Assembly: GCA_047495785.1 (NCBI GenBank) | Contig: JBLDXI010000024.1 | Coordinates: 4,712,001 to 4,776,000, forward strand | Source of the DNA: Lepidodermella squamata | Taxonomy: Eukaryota; Animalia; Gastrotricha | Length of the DNA stretch: 64,000 nucleotides | Direction of reading: 5' to 3' | Part shown: positions 39,101 through 49,318 of the stretch, one piece after another | Numbering within the stretch: position 1 is the first letter of the stretch | How the letters are laid out: every line of letters starts with the position of its first letter | Made by a program: the position numbers and the translations under genes | Notes under the pieces: generated by a model | Seen by the model: the letters and a program-made list of their open reading frames with translations, nothing else | The model's database searches: none | Told to the model about the DNA's origin: nothing

Positions 39101-42100
39101 CATGAATATCTGAGAGTTTCCATGTAGAGGCAATCTCGTTATGGAGAGCTGAGCTGCCCAGGAGCCATTTCAGTGAAGGTTCTTTAACAACTTCGTAGTT
39201 CGGTTATATGCTCCTGGGTCGGAAAAGTGGTAGCAGCCTCAGAATATTTGGTGTACCTGATGTTATTGCTGTTGAGAAATTCGGTTTTCTTCACATTATT
39301 GTTCATTTTTGAGAGTTTGATCGCCAAAGCGAATGAGCAAATATTCACGAAAAAGGTCAGTGGTTATTATGTAGTTTGATTCCGATAATATATAGCAGCA
39401 ACTATGCTATTAAAAATTCAATTTTTTTATTCGTCCGGACATGGAACAGTGTCGAGTGAAAATATGATTATGAGTAAAACTTTAAAATTTGATATTTTTT
39501 GTATTTATAGGCTAAAGCAGCGACTGCGGCCGCGCAAGCTAAAGCAGACGAAAAGCCACCTGCCGATGAGAAAAAACCGCTGGTTCTACCAAACCGAGGC
39601 ATGTCAACCTTCGTGGAGGACGCTCAAATCAGCAGCCCCGAGTCGCGATCGCCCAGCCCGGTCGCCCAGCCGCGAGCCGAGGCCGCCGAACCGCCGGCTA
39701 AAAAGTCGTACGGCTACTCGAAATTCGGGGATCTGGACGCGTCATCCGAGGAGGACGACGTGAAATCAATCGGTAGCTCGCCGCAATCCGACAAAATCGA
39801 CCAGCCAATGTCGACCATGCAGCGGTACCTGAGCGAGCGGTTGGACTCTGGGTCACGTGACGGCATGTCCCCGGCCGCCATTGCGAGACGAGCCGTTGCT
39901 GAGATGAACAAAGCGGCGGCTGCGTCGCCGAGTGAACGCATCGACTCGCCCGGGTCGTCGACCGGGTTCTACACGGCCAAGTTCTCCGACCTGTTCACCG
40001 ACCGACCGTATGAAGACTCGCCGAGGGAGTTGCCGCCCGATATCGCCTGCCTGCCGCCCTACCTACCCGCGCTGTCCGGGTGTCGCTCCGTCGAAGAATT
40101 CGAATGTATGAATCGAATTGACGAGGGAACGTACGGCGTTGTGTATCGGGCGAAGGAAAAGAAAACCGGTGAAATGGTGGCGTTGAAGCGGTTGAAAATG
40201 GAGAAGGAACGCGAGGGCTTCCCGATAACGTCACTGCGAGAAATCTCGACCCTCCTCAAGGCGCAGCATCCGAATATTGTGACAGTGCGTGAAATTGTTG
40301 TCGGGTCGAATTTGGATAAAATCTACATTGTCATGGACTTTGTTGAGCACGACTTGAAGGCGCTCATGGAGTCGATGCAGAGCCCGTTTTTACCCGGCGA
40401 GGTGAAGACGTTGATGATCCAGCTGTTGCGGGGCGTGGCGCATATGCATGACAATTGGATTATTCATCGCGATTTGAAAACTTCCAATCTGCTTCTCTCA
40501 CATCGCGGTGTTCTCAAGGTGAGTTATCGAAATTTTAATTTTTTTATCATTTTTCGGGGAAAATTTGAAATTTTATTCCAAAATCCGCTGTGAGACGGGA
40601 TTTTTTTTTATGAAAGCTTGGTTTGACTAATTTTCCAGATTTTTTCTCGATTTTTGATGTTTTAAACTAGGAAGAGATACTCATCAAATTCTGGAAATTG
40701 CAGATGCATTTTTCTGTTTTAGTTATCCAATCTGAAAGTCCAAAACAATTCCTCTGAAATATGGGCTCTGAATCGCATTATTTACTCGAGAAATATAATC
40801 TACATCTTTCCATGAACTCCTGAAGTGAAATATCCTCAGAAAAATTGTTTCAAGTTGACCCAATTTTTCCTCCGAAATTTAATTTTTTTTCTCATTTTTC
40901 TGGAATTTATTCCGCTGTTAGACCTCGAAATAAGCGTTTAGTTTGACCTAAATTCAGACTATTTTCGGGAATTTTTTCTCGACTTTTCACTCTGAGAATG
41001 GATTAATTTGTTCAATTTTTTTAATGAAGAGTCGCCAAATATTTTCCTTTCTATGGCTTTCCTTCAATCAAGTATCAAATGAAACAAATATTCTCCGTTG
41101 AGTTTTGTTTTCCCTAAATTGTTTTTATTTTTTTGAATGTAATTCTGTTGGCAAAGCTTTCTTTCATTATTTTTCCGGCGGTTTTTTCAATTATTTGTAG
41201 TTTGAAACTCGAGATTTTGAATGGGATTATAGCTGGCCGGTTTATTCCGAGTTCATGTTTATTCGCAGCATTGCGTTGTTTTTCTGTATCAACCCCGGCC
41301 CTAGAGACTCCTGGTTTTCTTATCACAAAGCTGGCCCACTCGTAAATAGCACGATTGATGACGTGCCATTTCATTATTATCCCCTCATTGCCAAGTGAAT
41401 GACAGGCCGTAAAACATAAATACTAGTCGTAAACAAACAGAAAAGCAAGTGCGAGGGCGGTGCTGTTTTTTGCGACCACGTGGCCGAGTGCGCGGCGGCG
41501 TGCTCGCCACGTGGCGCGCATCGCAATAAAAACCCAGCTTAATATTAACAAAAATGAACAATTATTGATTGTTGTTTGCAATCTTAGATCGGCGATTTCG
41601 GCCTCGCTCGAGAGTATGGCTCCCCGCTGAAGCCGTACACCCAAGTTGTAGTCACCCTGTGGTACCGGTCACCTGAGCTGCTACTCGGAACAAAGGTGAG
41701 ACTTTTTTCGAATTTTTTTCCCAAATTTTTTCTTGCTTCGTCTGTTGCCGCCTGTTCATAATTCATATAATTGAATCGGGTGGTGTATTAGGAGCGTAGA
41801 ATGAACCGTGGTGGTTTGATGTAATCGAATCACCGCGCCCGGACACGCTGGTTCTCAGACCCTGTTCTGATTTCCTTGAACATCCGGATTACATTTTTTT
41901 CAATAATTTTTCAGATGTACTCTACCGCTGTTGACATGTGGTCCGTCGGCTGTATTTTCGCTGAGATGATCAATCGAAAACCGCTTTTCCCGGGCCGCTC
42001 GGAAATGGAGCAGCTCAACAAGATTTTCTCAGTGTTGGGCACTCCGTCCGAGAAAATCTGGCCCGGTCTGTCGCAGCTGCCCGGCTGGAAGCAGGCCGCC

Positions 42101-43006
42101 TTCGCGAATGTGGCCTACAACTCGCTGCGGAACAAATTCGAACAGGGCGCGCTGTCGCCGGCCGGGTTCAAGCTGATGAATGGTCTGCTGACGTACAGCC
42201 CCGATAATCGCTTTTCGGCCGCCGAGGCGTTGAAGCACGAGTATTTCACGGAGAAGCCGCACCCGGTGCCGCCGTCCATGTTTCCGACGTGGCCGGCCAA
42301 GTCGGAGGGCGGGTCGAAGCCGGGCATGAAGAAGGCGCGCAAGCAGACGACGCCGCGTGCGCCCGAGGCCGGCGTTGGCGCCTACGCTAAACTTCTCGTA
42401 AGTTTTCAATTTTTTTATAGCAATAGGAATTTTCGATTTTTCGTTAAATTCTTTTCTCGGAAAATTTGATATTATAGTTTTTTTCAATTTTATTTATCTT
42501 CTATTGCGGTTTTCTATCATCGCTTTGCTAGTTTGTATTTTCGATTCACTATGGCGTAAAACCAAATATTTATTCAGGCTTTATTTTTCCAATATTTTCA
42601 TCACGTGCAAAAAAATTCCTATTGACATTTATATACTGTCATTTTTTCCTTTTCCCTGACCTTTCAGACCTATAATTAGGTTTCTCTTTCATCCAATGTA
42701 ATTTGAATTCTTCAATTGCGCTAAATTTTATTGTCGAAACAAGATATATTTTCTAAATTTTCAAATTCAATTCAAATTTTTTTAATTCTCATTTTACATC
42801 TTTCCAGTATTCGCGAGCCCCCATTTTTCGCTTGAAATTCTTGAAATTTTTGATAAAATTTTTAGCAATCTTCTTTAATTTATTTCTTTAATTTATAGCA
42901 ATTTTTCTCTATGTTATTCATATATTTTCAGGGTGAGGATGACGATGAAGAACGGTTCAAGCTGAATGTTGCTCAAGGCCCATCGCTGTTCCAGATCAAG
43001 CCGTAG
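33166..43006 (+). CDS. CDK11: Cyclin-dependent kinase 11 (PITSLRE). Exons about 33166-33433, 36893-37293, 39511-40518, 41588-41695, 41915-42397, 42932-43006
   Basis: [54 protein letters not shown] and FPTWPAKSE motifs. R/D/E-rich N-terminus. N-terminal exons are less certain. Confidence 0.93.
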
Positions 43007-43554
43007 TTTCTGTTGTCGATTGTTCTGGATCGCCGAATGGCTGCCATTTAATATCCTTGCTATACATACAACCTTAATTTTTACATTCGGTCAATCAACG
43101 CGATTTCAGCGTTAAAAAGTGAAAAAACCTGTGAAAAATTCTTTTGAATAAAAAATCTTTTTACGTATAAATATTGAATTTTTCTTCCTGAAAAGGGTTA
43201 TATTTTTCCACTATTTTTTTAGATAATAATTTTATTGAGTAATTGCATGTTGTTGCTATGAACTGAACCGCTCTAACCCTCAAGCACGCTTTTAACAATT
43301 CCCGGTTAGTTGGTTGCTTTTGTTATCCTTGAATTATTCTAATTCTTCTCCTTTGCGTTCTCCTTCGGTATTTAGCAAATGTCGCAGAACTGATCGGTGT
43401 TGAAAATGAACAGAGAAAATGACGACCGGGCAAGAATCAAGTGGCTGCGTATATTTCAAAGGTACGAAACTTATCAAAGATCGCCAGATAAATCAAGCTG
43501 ATGAGCTGGAATTAAATCCGAATTTTCAACGATATCGAATTTGATTCTGCTATC

Positions 43555-43703
43555 GTGCTCTTGTGTTATTCCTCTTTGTGCTTTACACCACTCGAGGAAC
43601 GTCAACCAGAGCATAAATTACATTCATAACCAGTCTCTACGGGTAGCCGATTTAAACTCTTCGGACAAACAAATCGATTATCTACTAAACTCTGGCTACA
43701 TTT
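43555..43703 (+). ncRNA. H/ACA snoRNA, SNORA13/snR35-like (copy 1)
   Basis: Hairpin, H box AAATTA (43615-43620), hairpin, ACA-TTT. The 5' pocket GTGTT/GTCAA is complementary to 18S UUGAC-U-C-AACAC and lies 14 nt from the H box. Confidence 0.82.
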
Positions 43704-43800
43704 CTTCTTTCAGATTGCGGCGGTGAAGCAGCGTCAATTACCTGAAAAACTGGTTTCATTGAGAGCAAGGTAAATGAGATTTCTGAATCGAAATTGTGGC

Positions 43801-43873
43801 TGTTTATTAATGATGAACATAACCGCTTAGTGTTTGAAAAATCATGATTCAAGATCGCCTTGGCTGAAAAATA
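43801..43873 (+). ncRNA. Candidate C/D box snoRNA
   Basis: Box C ATGATGA (43810), putative D' TTGA and C' ATGATT, box D CTGA (43864), weak terminal stem. Located in a short intron of the host transcript. Confidence 0.55.
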
Positions 43874-44111
43874 TTTGTTATCTATCTTAAAATTCAAAAT
43901 CTTTCGCGTTTTCTACTATAGCATATTTTTGTTTAACAGTTTGTCCGCCGTTAAGCGTGACGAGACGCTGTCAATTGGCCACGGCAAATTTACGGCTAAA
44001 AGGTGTGTACAAAATTTATATTCCTTACATTATTTGTTGTAGCCCACGCTTAAAGCGTGAAAAATTAGGATTGGTTTAGATGGTTTTAGATAGTTTTCGG
44101 GCGACTTTTGA

Positions 44112-44252
44112 ATGCTTCGGTGTTACCTGTTCTCGCTGTAAATTAGTCGAGGACATGGTGTCATGAGAAGCACATAGCAAAGTGAAGAGTGTCTACGGGC
44201 AGTTCAATTTTTACTTTTTCACTCAACTGCCAATAATATCTCTGTTACATTT
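44112..44252 (+). ncRNA. H/ACA snoRNA, divergent SNORA13-like
   Basis: TGCTTC..GAAGCA hairpin with a GGTGTT/GTCA pocket 14 nt from H box ATAGCA. Second hairpin GGCAGTT..AACTGCC, then ACA-TTT. Confidence 0.75.
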
Positions 44253-44701
44253 TACATTTGTGTTTCTCTACTCTTTTCACAGATTATCTGGACCAAGAAG
44301 AAGCTCGATGAATGAGAATCCACATATTCGCCCTGATAATTTTCATCTTTATAAGCCTTTATAAGCCCTTGACCTTGTAGTTTTTTCTGGCTTCGTGCTT
44401 TTGTCTTGACGTGACGTATTTTTTGCTCTACACGCGTATAGCACAGGTATAATTCACGTCATTGTTACAAAGGTTTAGCCATATAGTAAGGGCAATTCTT
44501 TTGTGCTGTTTCCTTTTTTTGCCGTACACTAATTTTGGCCAAAATTCCTGCGGCATTAGGGGCCTCGTAACTGAATTCCAATTATTTTCCTTTGGTAGTT
44601 CTCCTAATGCTCAGTTAGTTTTTCTCTCGAAACTTGGCTTTTAACTGGAGGATTTATTTGCTATAGCGGCTTGACAGTTATTTAAATTAAATCTTCGAGA
44701 G

Positions 44702-47700
44702 ATGAAGGCGTTGATTCTGGTCGGTGGTTATGGCACGCGTCTGCGTCCGCTGACCCTGACTAAGCCGAAGCCGCTGGTCGAATTCTGCAACAAGCCGATG
44801 CTGCTTTTCCAAATCGAAGCCCTGGCAGAGGTTAGTTCACGCCAAATTTCGAAAATTTAGGTCAAAATGCCAAAAATTCAGTGACTAAATGAGAAGTAAA
44901 CAAGGTTTTTAATTTGATTGAAATTCTACATTTTTAAATTATTTTGGTGAGCTTAATTCTAGAATTAGAGATTCAACTTTGAGAAAATAACCAAAATTCC
45001 CTTGAATTTCTTTGAAAATTGAAAATTGATGAATCGTAAATCTGAACTGAAATCGAATTCCGACCCTTGTTTCTTGGAATATTTGTCACAGCGGCTCTAT
45101 AAATTCCGGACTTTGCTATATAAATGCAAATTTCGTGCCGTAAGAGCCGTAAATCGAAATCAGACCCGACGCGGGAAAGTGTCGAGGCTGCACGTATAGC
45201 CTAGATTTCGATCTCTACAGCACAGACTAGTCGGTTCTACATTTTCACTCAAAAAATTTCAGGCTGGCGTGAAACTGGTCATTCTCGCCGTTTCCTACAT
45301 GTCCGACATGCTGGAGAACGAGCTGCGCCACGTGGAGAAGGAGCTCGGCATCCGCATTGTCACCTCGCTGGAGAAGGAGCCGCTGGGCACGGCTGGTCCG
45401 TTGGCGCTGGCCTCCGAGCTCCTGCTCGCCGACCCGTCGCCCTTTTTCGTGCTCAACAGCGACGTGATCTGCGACTTCCCGTTCAAGGAAATGATCAAGT
45501 TCCACCAGTCGCACGGCGGCGAGGGCACGATTGTCGTCACCAAAGTGGACGAGCCGTCCAAGTACGGCGTGGTTGTGTACAAGGAAGAGACTGGTCTGAT
45601 CGAGCGATTCGTCGAGAAGCCGCAGGAGTACGTGTCGAACAAGATCAACGCGGGGCTGTACATTTTTTCGACGTCGGTGCTGAAGCGCATCAAGCCCGTG
45701 CCGACGTCGATTGAGAAGGAGATCTTTCCGCAAATGGCTGCTGATAACAAGCTGTTCTGCCTACAACTCAAAGGTTAGATTTACACTTCTTGCTTACTTC
45801 TCAGTCTCAAATTCAAAAATCGAGGAATGATATATTTGTTGAATCTGTCGAATTGTTCAATCAAACAAGGTGCCGCTATTTTTGTTAGCACTGAAAATCG
45901 AAAAAAATCGGAAATTTTTATTTATTTCTGGCAGATGAGAATTTCGAACATTGAAGTAGCTAAAATAGGAATCTCAAAATTAGCTTTATTTCATGGTTAA
46001 ATATTGCATCCCACATTTTGATTCACTTTTACGGTATCGAAAATCGTTGGTGATGAAAAATTTTCCATCGGGAATTGAAAAAAATGAATAAATGAAATAT
46101 TTTTCTCTGAATTTGCTAAAAATCATTCGATAGTAAGAAGTGAGGAGTTCGTCTTCAAATTTAGAATTTGCTATCAAATTTCCTCAAATTTTAGAATTTG
46201 AATACAATCCAAATCCGCAAGCCTTAGCGTTGGGAAATCGTTATATTCGATTATTGATTTATTTTCTTTAAGGGAGTTGAAATGGATTGGAATTCAAGTT
46301 TTTTATTCAAAATCACTATTTTTTGAAAAAATTAAAACATGTCTAAAAATCGAATTGTTTTTCGAAAATTTTCTCCGAAATTTGAAAATTTGCAAAAATT
46401 GAAGCGCTCATCTTGTATGAATTTTGACAATAGTGATTTATCAACGAATATTTTAATTTCTCGATATTTGTGTCGTGCTCTTGTGTTATTCCTCTTTGTG
46501 CTTCTCACCACTCGAGGAACGTCAACCAGAGCATAAATTACATCACAACCAGTCTCTACGGGTAGCCGATTTAAACTCTTCGGACAAACAAATCGATTAT
46601 CTACTAAACTCTGGCTACATTTTACTATTTTTCTTAGGCTTCTGGATGGACGTCGGCCAGCCGAAGGACTACCTCATCGGCACAGCCATGTACCTGGCCT
46701 GGCTGCGCGAACGCAGGCCGCAGGAGTTGTACGCGGGCGAGGGCGTGGTCGGCAACGTCCTCGTCGATTCGACGGCGACCATCGGCAAGAACTGCCGCAT
46801 CGGTCCGAACGTGGTGATTGGGCCGGGCGTGGTCGTCGAGGACGGCGTGTGCCTGAAGCGATGTGCAATTCTCCGCGGATCTCGCATCAAGTCGCACTCG
46901 TGGCTCGATGGCACCATCGTCGGCTGGTCTTCAATCGTCGGTCAATGGGTGAGTCGATTTTTTTTCAAATCGCCTAAAATAAGTAGACCCCTGCTCTGCC
47001 GTTGCAATTCCACCCTACCAACTAACGTTTATCTAACGTGTGCTCGTGCTTTTTAAACACTCTTGTTGTGTGTTTTAATTTTCTATTTATTTTTCGATCC
47101 GTTTGCCGTGGCTCTGTCACTTGATTGCGAGTATATTAACATTTTGAATGTAACGAATGATTCGAAGTTTTCTCACCTGAATGATTATCGTTTAGTTTTG
47201 TTTTATCGCACTTCGATAGCAATTTGGGCTTGTAATTTTAGTAAAATCCCATTTTTCATCCACATAGAACTTTCCATTTTGACATTTGGTCATCCTTTCT
47301 CGTCAGAGATCGAGAACTTATTTTACCCAGTGTGAAGACATTTTTTCGAAGTAATGTTTTAGTTAGCTTTTTTCATTTTCATACTTGCCCTATTTTTCGT
47401 TTAGTATTTCGCCGTTTCATTCTTATTAGCTTGAAAAAAACGAGAATATAATGAAACAGGAGCTATTTCGATTCTACCATGAAATGATGGGATAATATTA
47501 TCCTATGAATATCGATATCATTAGCCCATTAGCATCAGGACCTATATTTTTGCCACTCAATTTTTCAAAATATTTTTTCCATTTTTTAGAAAAAAACTAG
47601 CGCGTAGAATGCAATTATTTTTCTTTTATTCAATTTACCTTTTCTCAGTCCTAATATTCTTATTAGTCTAATATTGAAAATTTCCACCGCAATATTTCAA

Positions 47701-48881
47701 CTTAACCAGAGCCAAAAAGTTAAAGTGGTTAGAGTAGCAGGAATCGTTGCCAATTTTGTTTATAGACGTCCGATCTTGCTAATTTTTGTAGGATTGGCCA
47801 TTAATATTTCGAGTTTTAGAGCTTTAATTGTACGATTTTTTCTTAAGCTTCCCTCTAATTAGCGCGAAATTCCCACGTGATCTCTAACACTTTTTGAACT
47901 AATATTTTTGCCCGTTTCCCCCATTTTAAGGCTCGGTTGTTTGTCTAACTGTTTGAAAGATCTGTTCAATGTGCCTCGTAACACGTGTTTAGCATCCTTT
48001 TCCTCTCACAATAATAACGAGATCTTGTGGTGTGTAAAAATCAAGAACCAAGAAGATGCCGGAGTGGCTTTGATGACATTGATTGACCTGTGTGTGTAAT
48101 TATTGCGGTCGTCTAGGCGCGGCTCGAGAACACGACGGTGCTGGCCGAGGACGTGAATGTCGCCGACGAGATGTACGTCAACGGCGTGCGAGTTCTGCCG
48201 CACAAGTCCATCACCGAGTGCATTGCCCACCCTTCGGTCGTACTCTGAATCATACAAAATCATCATCACATTCATATTGCATCTACCTGAGAAAATCAGA
48301 AGCAAAAAATGTAGTATATGAAATTATTATGTTAAAATAATATTATATATTCTTTCACCGAGAGCGAGTGAGTATGGGGCTGGCCCATTTCTGAACACAC
48401 CATGCATTATATTATTACTATTATTCCTAACTAATTTTTCTATTCGTTCAACAACTTCGACTCTCATTCGACTCGGTTACTATTTTCTGATGAGTGTGAA
48501 ACGATTTTCCCGAATTTCGTGGCCTTCTTATCTATTTATTTGCTTGATCAACTTATATTAATGAAATTATATCCGTGAAAATTCTTTTTTTTACGTGTTT
48601 TTCTATGTGTCTTGATTTTATGATGAGCCTGAAAAATCAATCAATCACTATGCATATAATAATAATTCTAGCCGAAAAAAAGAAACAAATTGTTGTTGAT
48701 TGCGATTGATGATTGTAAAATGTTATTATAATTTGACTACAAAAAACAGGCGCGCCTCAGCGATGCGACGGTGCTGGCCGAGGACGTGTTTGTCAACGAC
48801 GAGATCTGCCTGACGGGCGCCAAGGTCCTGCCGCACAAGGCCATCAGCGAGTCGATCCACGTGCCTCAGGTGATTCTGTGA
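44702..48881 (+). CDS. GMPPB: Mannose-1-phosphate guanylyltransferase beta (exons 44702-44830, 45263-45773, 46638-46948, then 48117-48248 or 48750-48881)
   Basis: [45 protein letters not shown], and a left-handed beta-helix C-terminus with VLPHK. Confidence 0.96.
45090..45244 (+). ncRNA. Candidate H/ACA snoRNA in GMPPB intron 1
   Basis: GCGGCTCT..AGAGCCGT hairpin, AAATCA H-like box, CCGAC..GTCGG hairpin, ACA-TTT near the intron 3' end. Target not identified. Confidence 0.55.
46475..46622 (+). ncRNA. H/ACA snoRNA, SNORA13/snR35-like (copy 2, GMPPB intron 2)
   Basis: Near-identical to 43555-43703, with differences only in the loop and hinge. The flanks are unrelated. Confidence 0.82.
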
Positions 48882-49318
48882 AAAGGCAAAAAAATCGCTG
48901 GAAATAATTCGTCATTACCACGTGAAAAAACTGTGTTATTTATTATTATCTTTATTGCGTTTTTTGGATCGTAATTAATTTAATATTATTATTCTACTAC
49001 GTCGTGTCTTATGTTGTAACATCTCGGCGAGAAAATAAATCCGGATTTTTTCTTGAATTTGTGTTGTGTAGTATATAGACATGGAATTTCGGCGAAGCTG
49101 TGAGAGAACTTTTTCTTCCATTTGTTTTTTTTCGAGTCGATGTTACATTAAGAACTGCTTTTTCTGTTTCACTATGATGTCTGACTGACTTCGAGATATT
49201 ATTATAACGTCATTAAAATTATTTATTATTTCTGCGACGGAGAAAAATGAGCAAATAAAACACGTTTCTGGGTGTTGGTAAACAATTTTTCATTTTTTTG
49301 GTAATTTAATTTTTTAGC

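Larger units (their letters stand above)
43350..44446 (+). ncRNA. Spliced non-coding snoRNA-host exons, either an independent host gene or an extended GMPPB 5' UTR
   Basis: Pyrimidine-rich start and short exons (to 43460, 43714-43769, 43939-44001, 44283-44446) with GT-AG introns. The first three introns each hold a snoRNA-like element. No substantial ATG ORF. Confidence 0.6.

Noticed and set aside
37700-39300. Coding-like stretch in a CDK11 intron with a ~50-bp repeat (37745 and 38180) and a 160-aa minus ORF
   Set aside because: Frames are broken by stops and no family is recognisable. Probably a decayed element.
41770-41875. Possible structured RNA or C/D snoRNA in a CDK11 intron, plus similar candidates at about 47200-47345 and 47900-48085
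   Set aside because: No canonical C box, or wrong pocket-to-ACA spacing.
43350-44364. TGA-interrupted open frame across the host exons as a possible selenoprotein or readthrough
   Set aside because: No in-frame ATG, no recognisable SECIS and no homology.
45245-45771. Long minus-strand ORFs over GMPPB, and similar ones over CDK11, the semaphorin and the sushi genes
   Set aside because: Antisense shadows of GC-rich coding exons, with no independent motifs.
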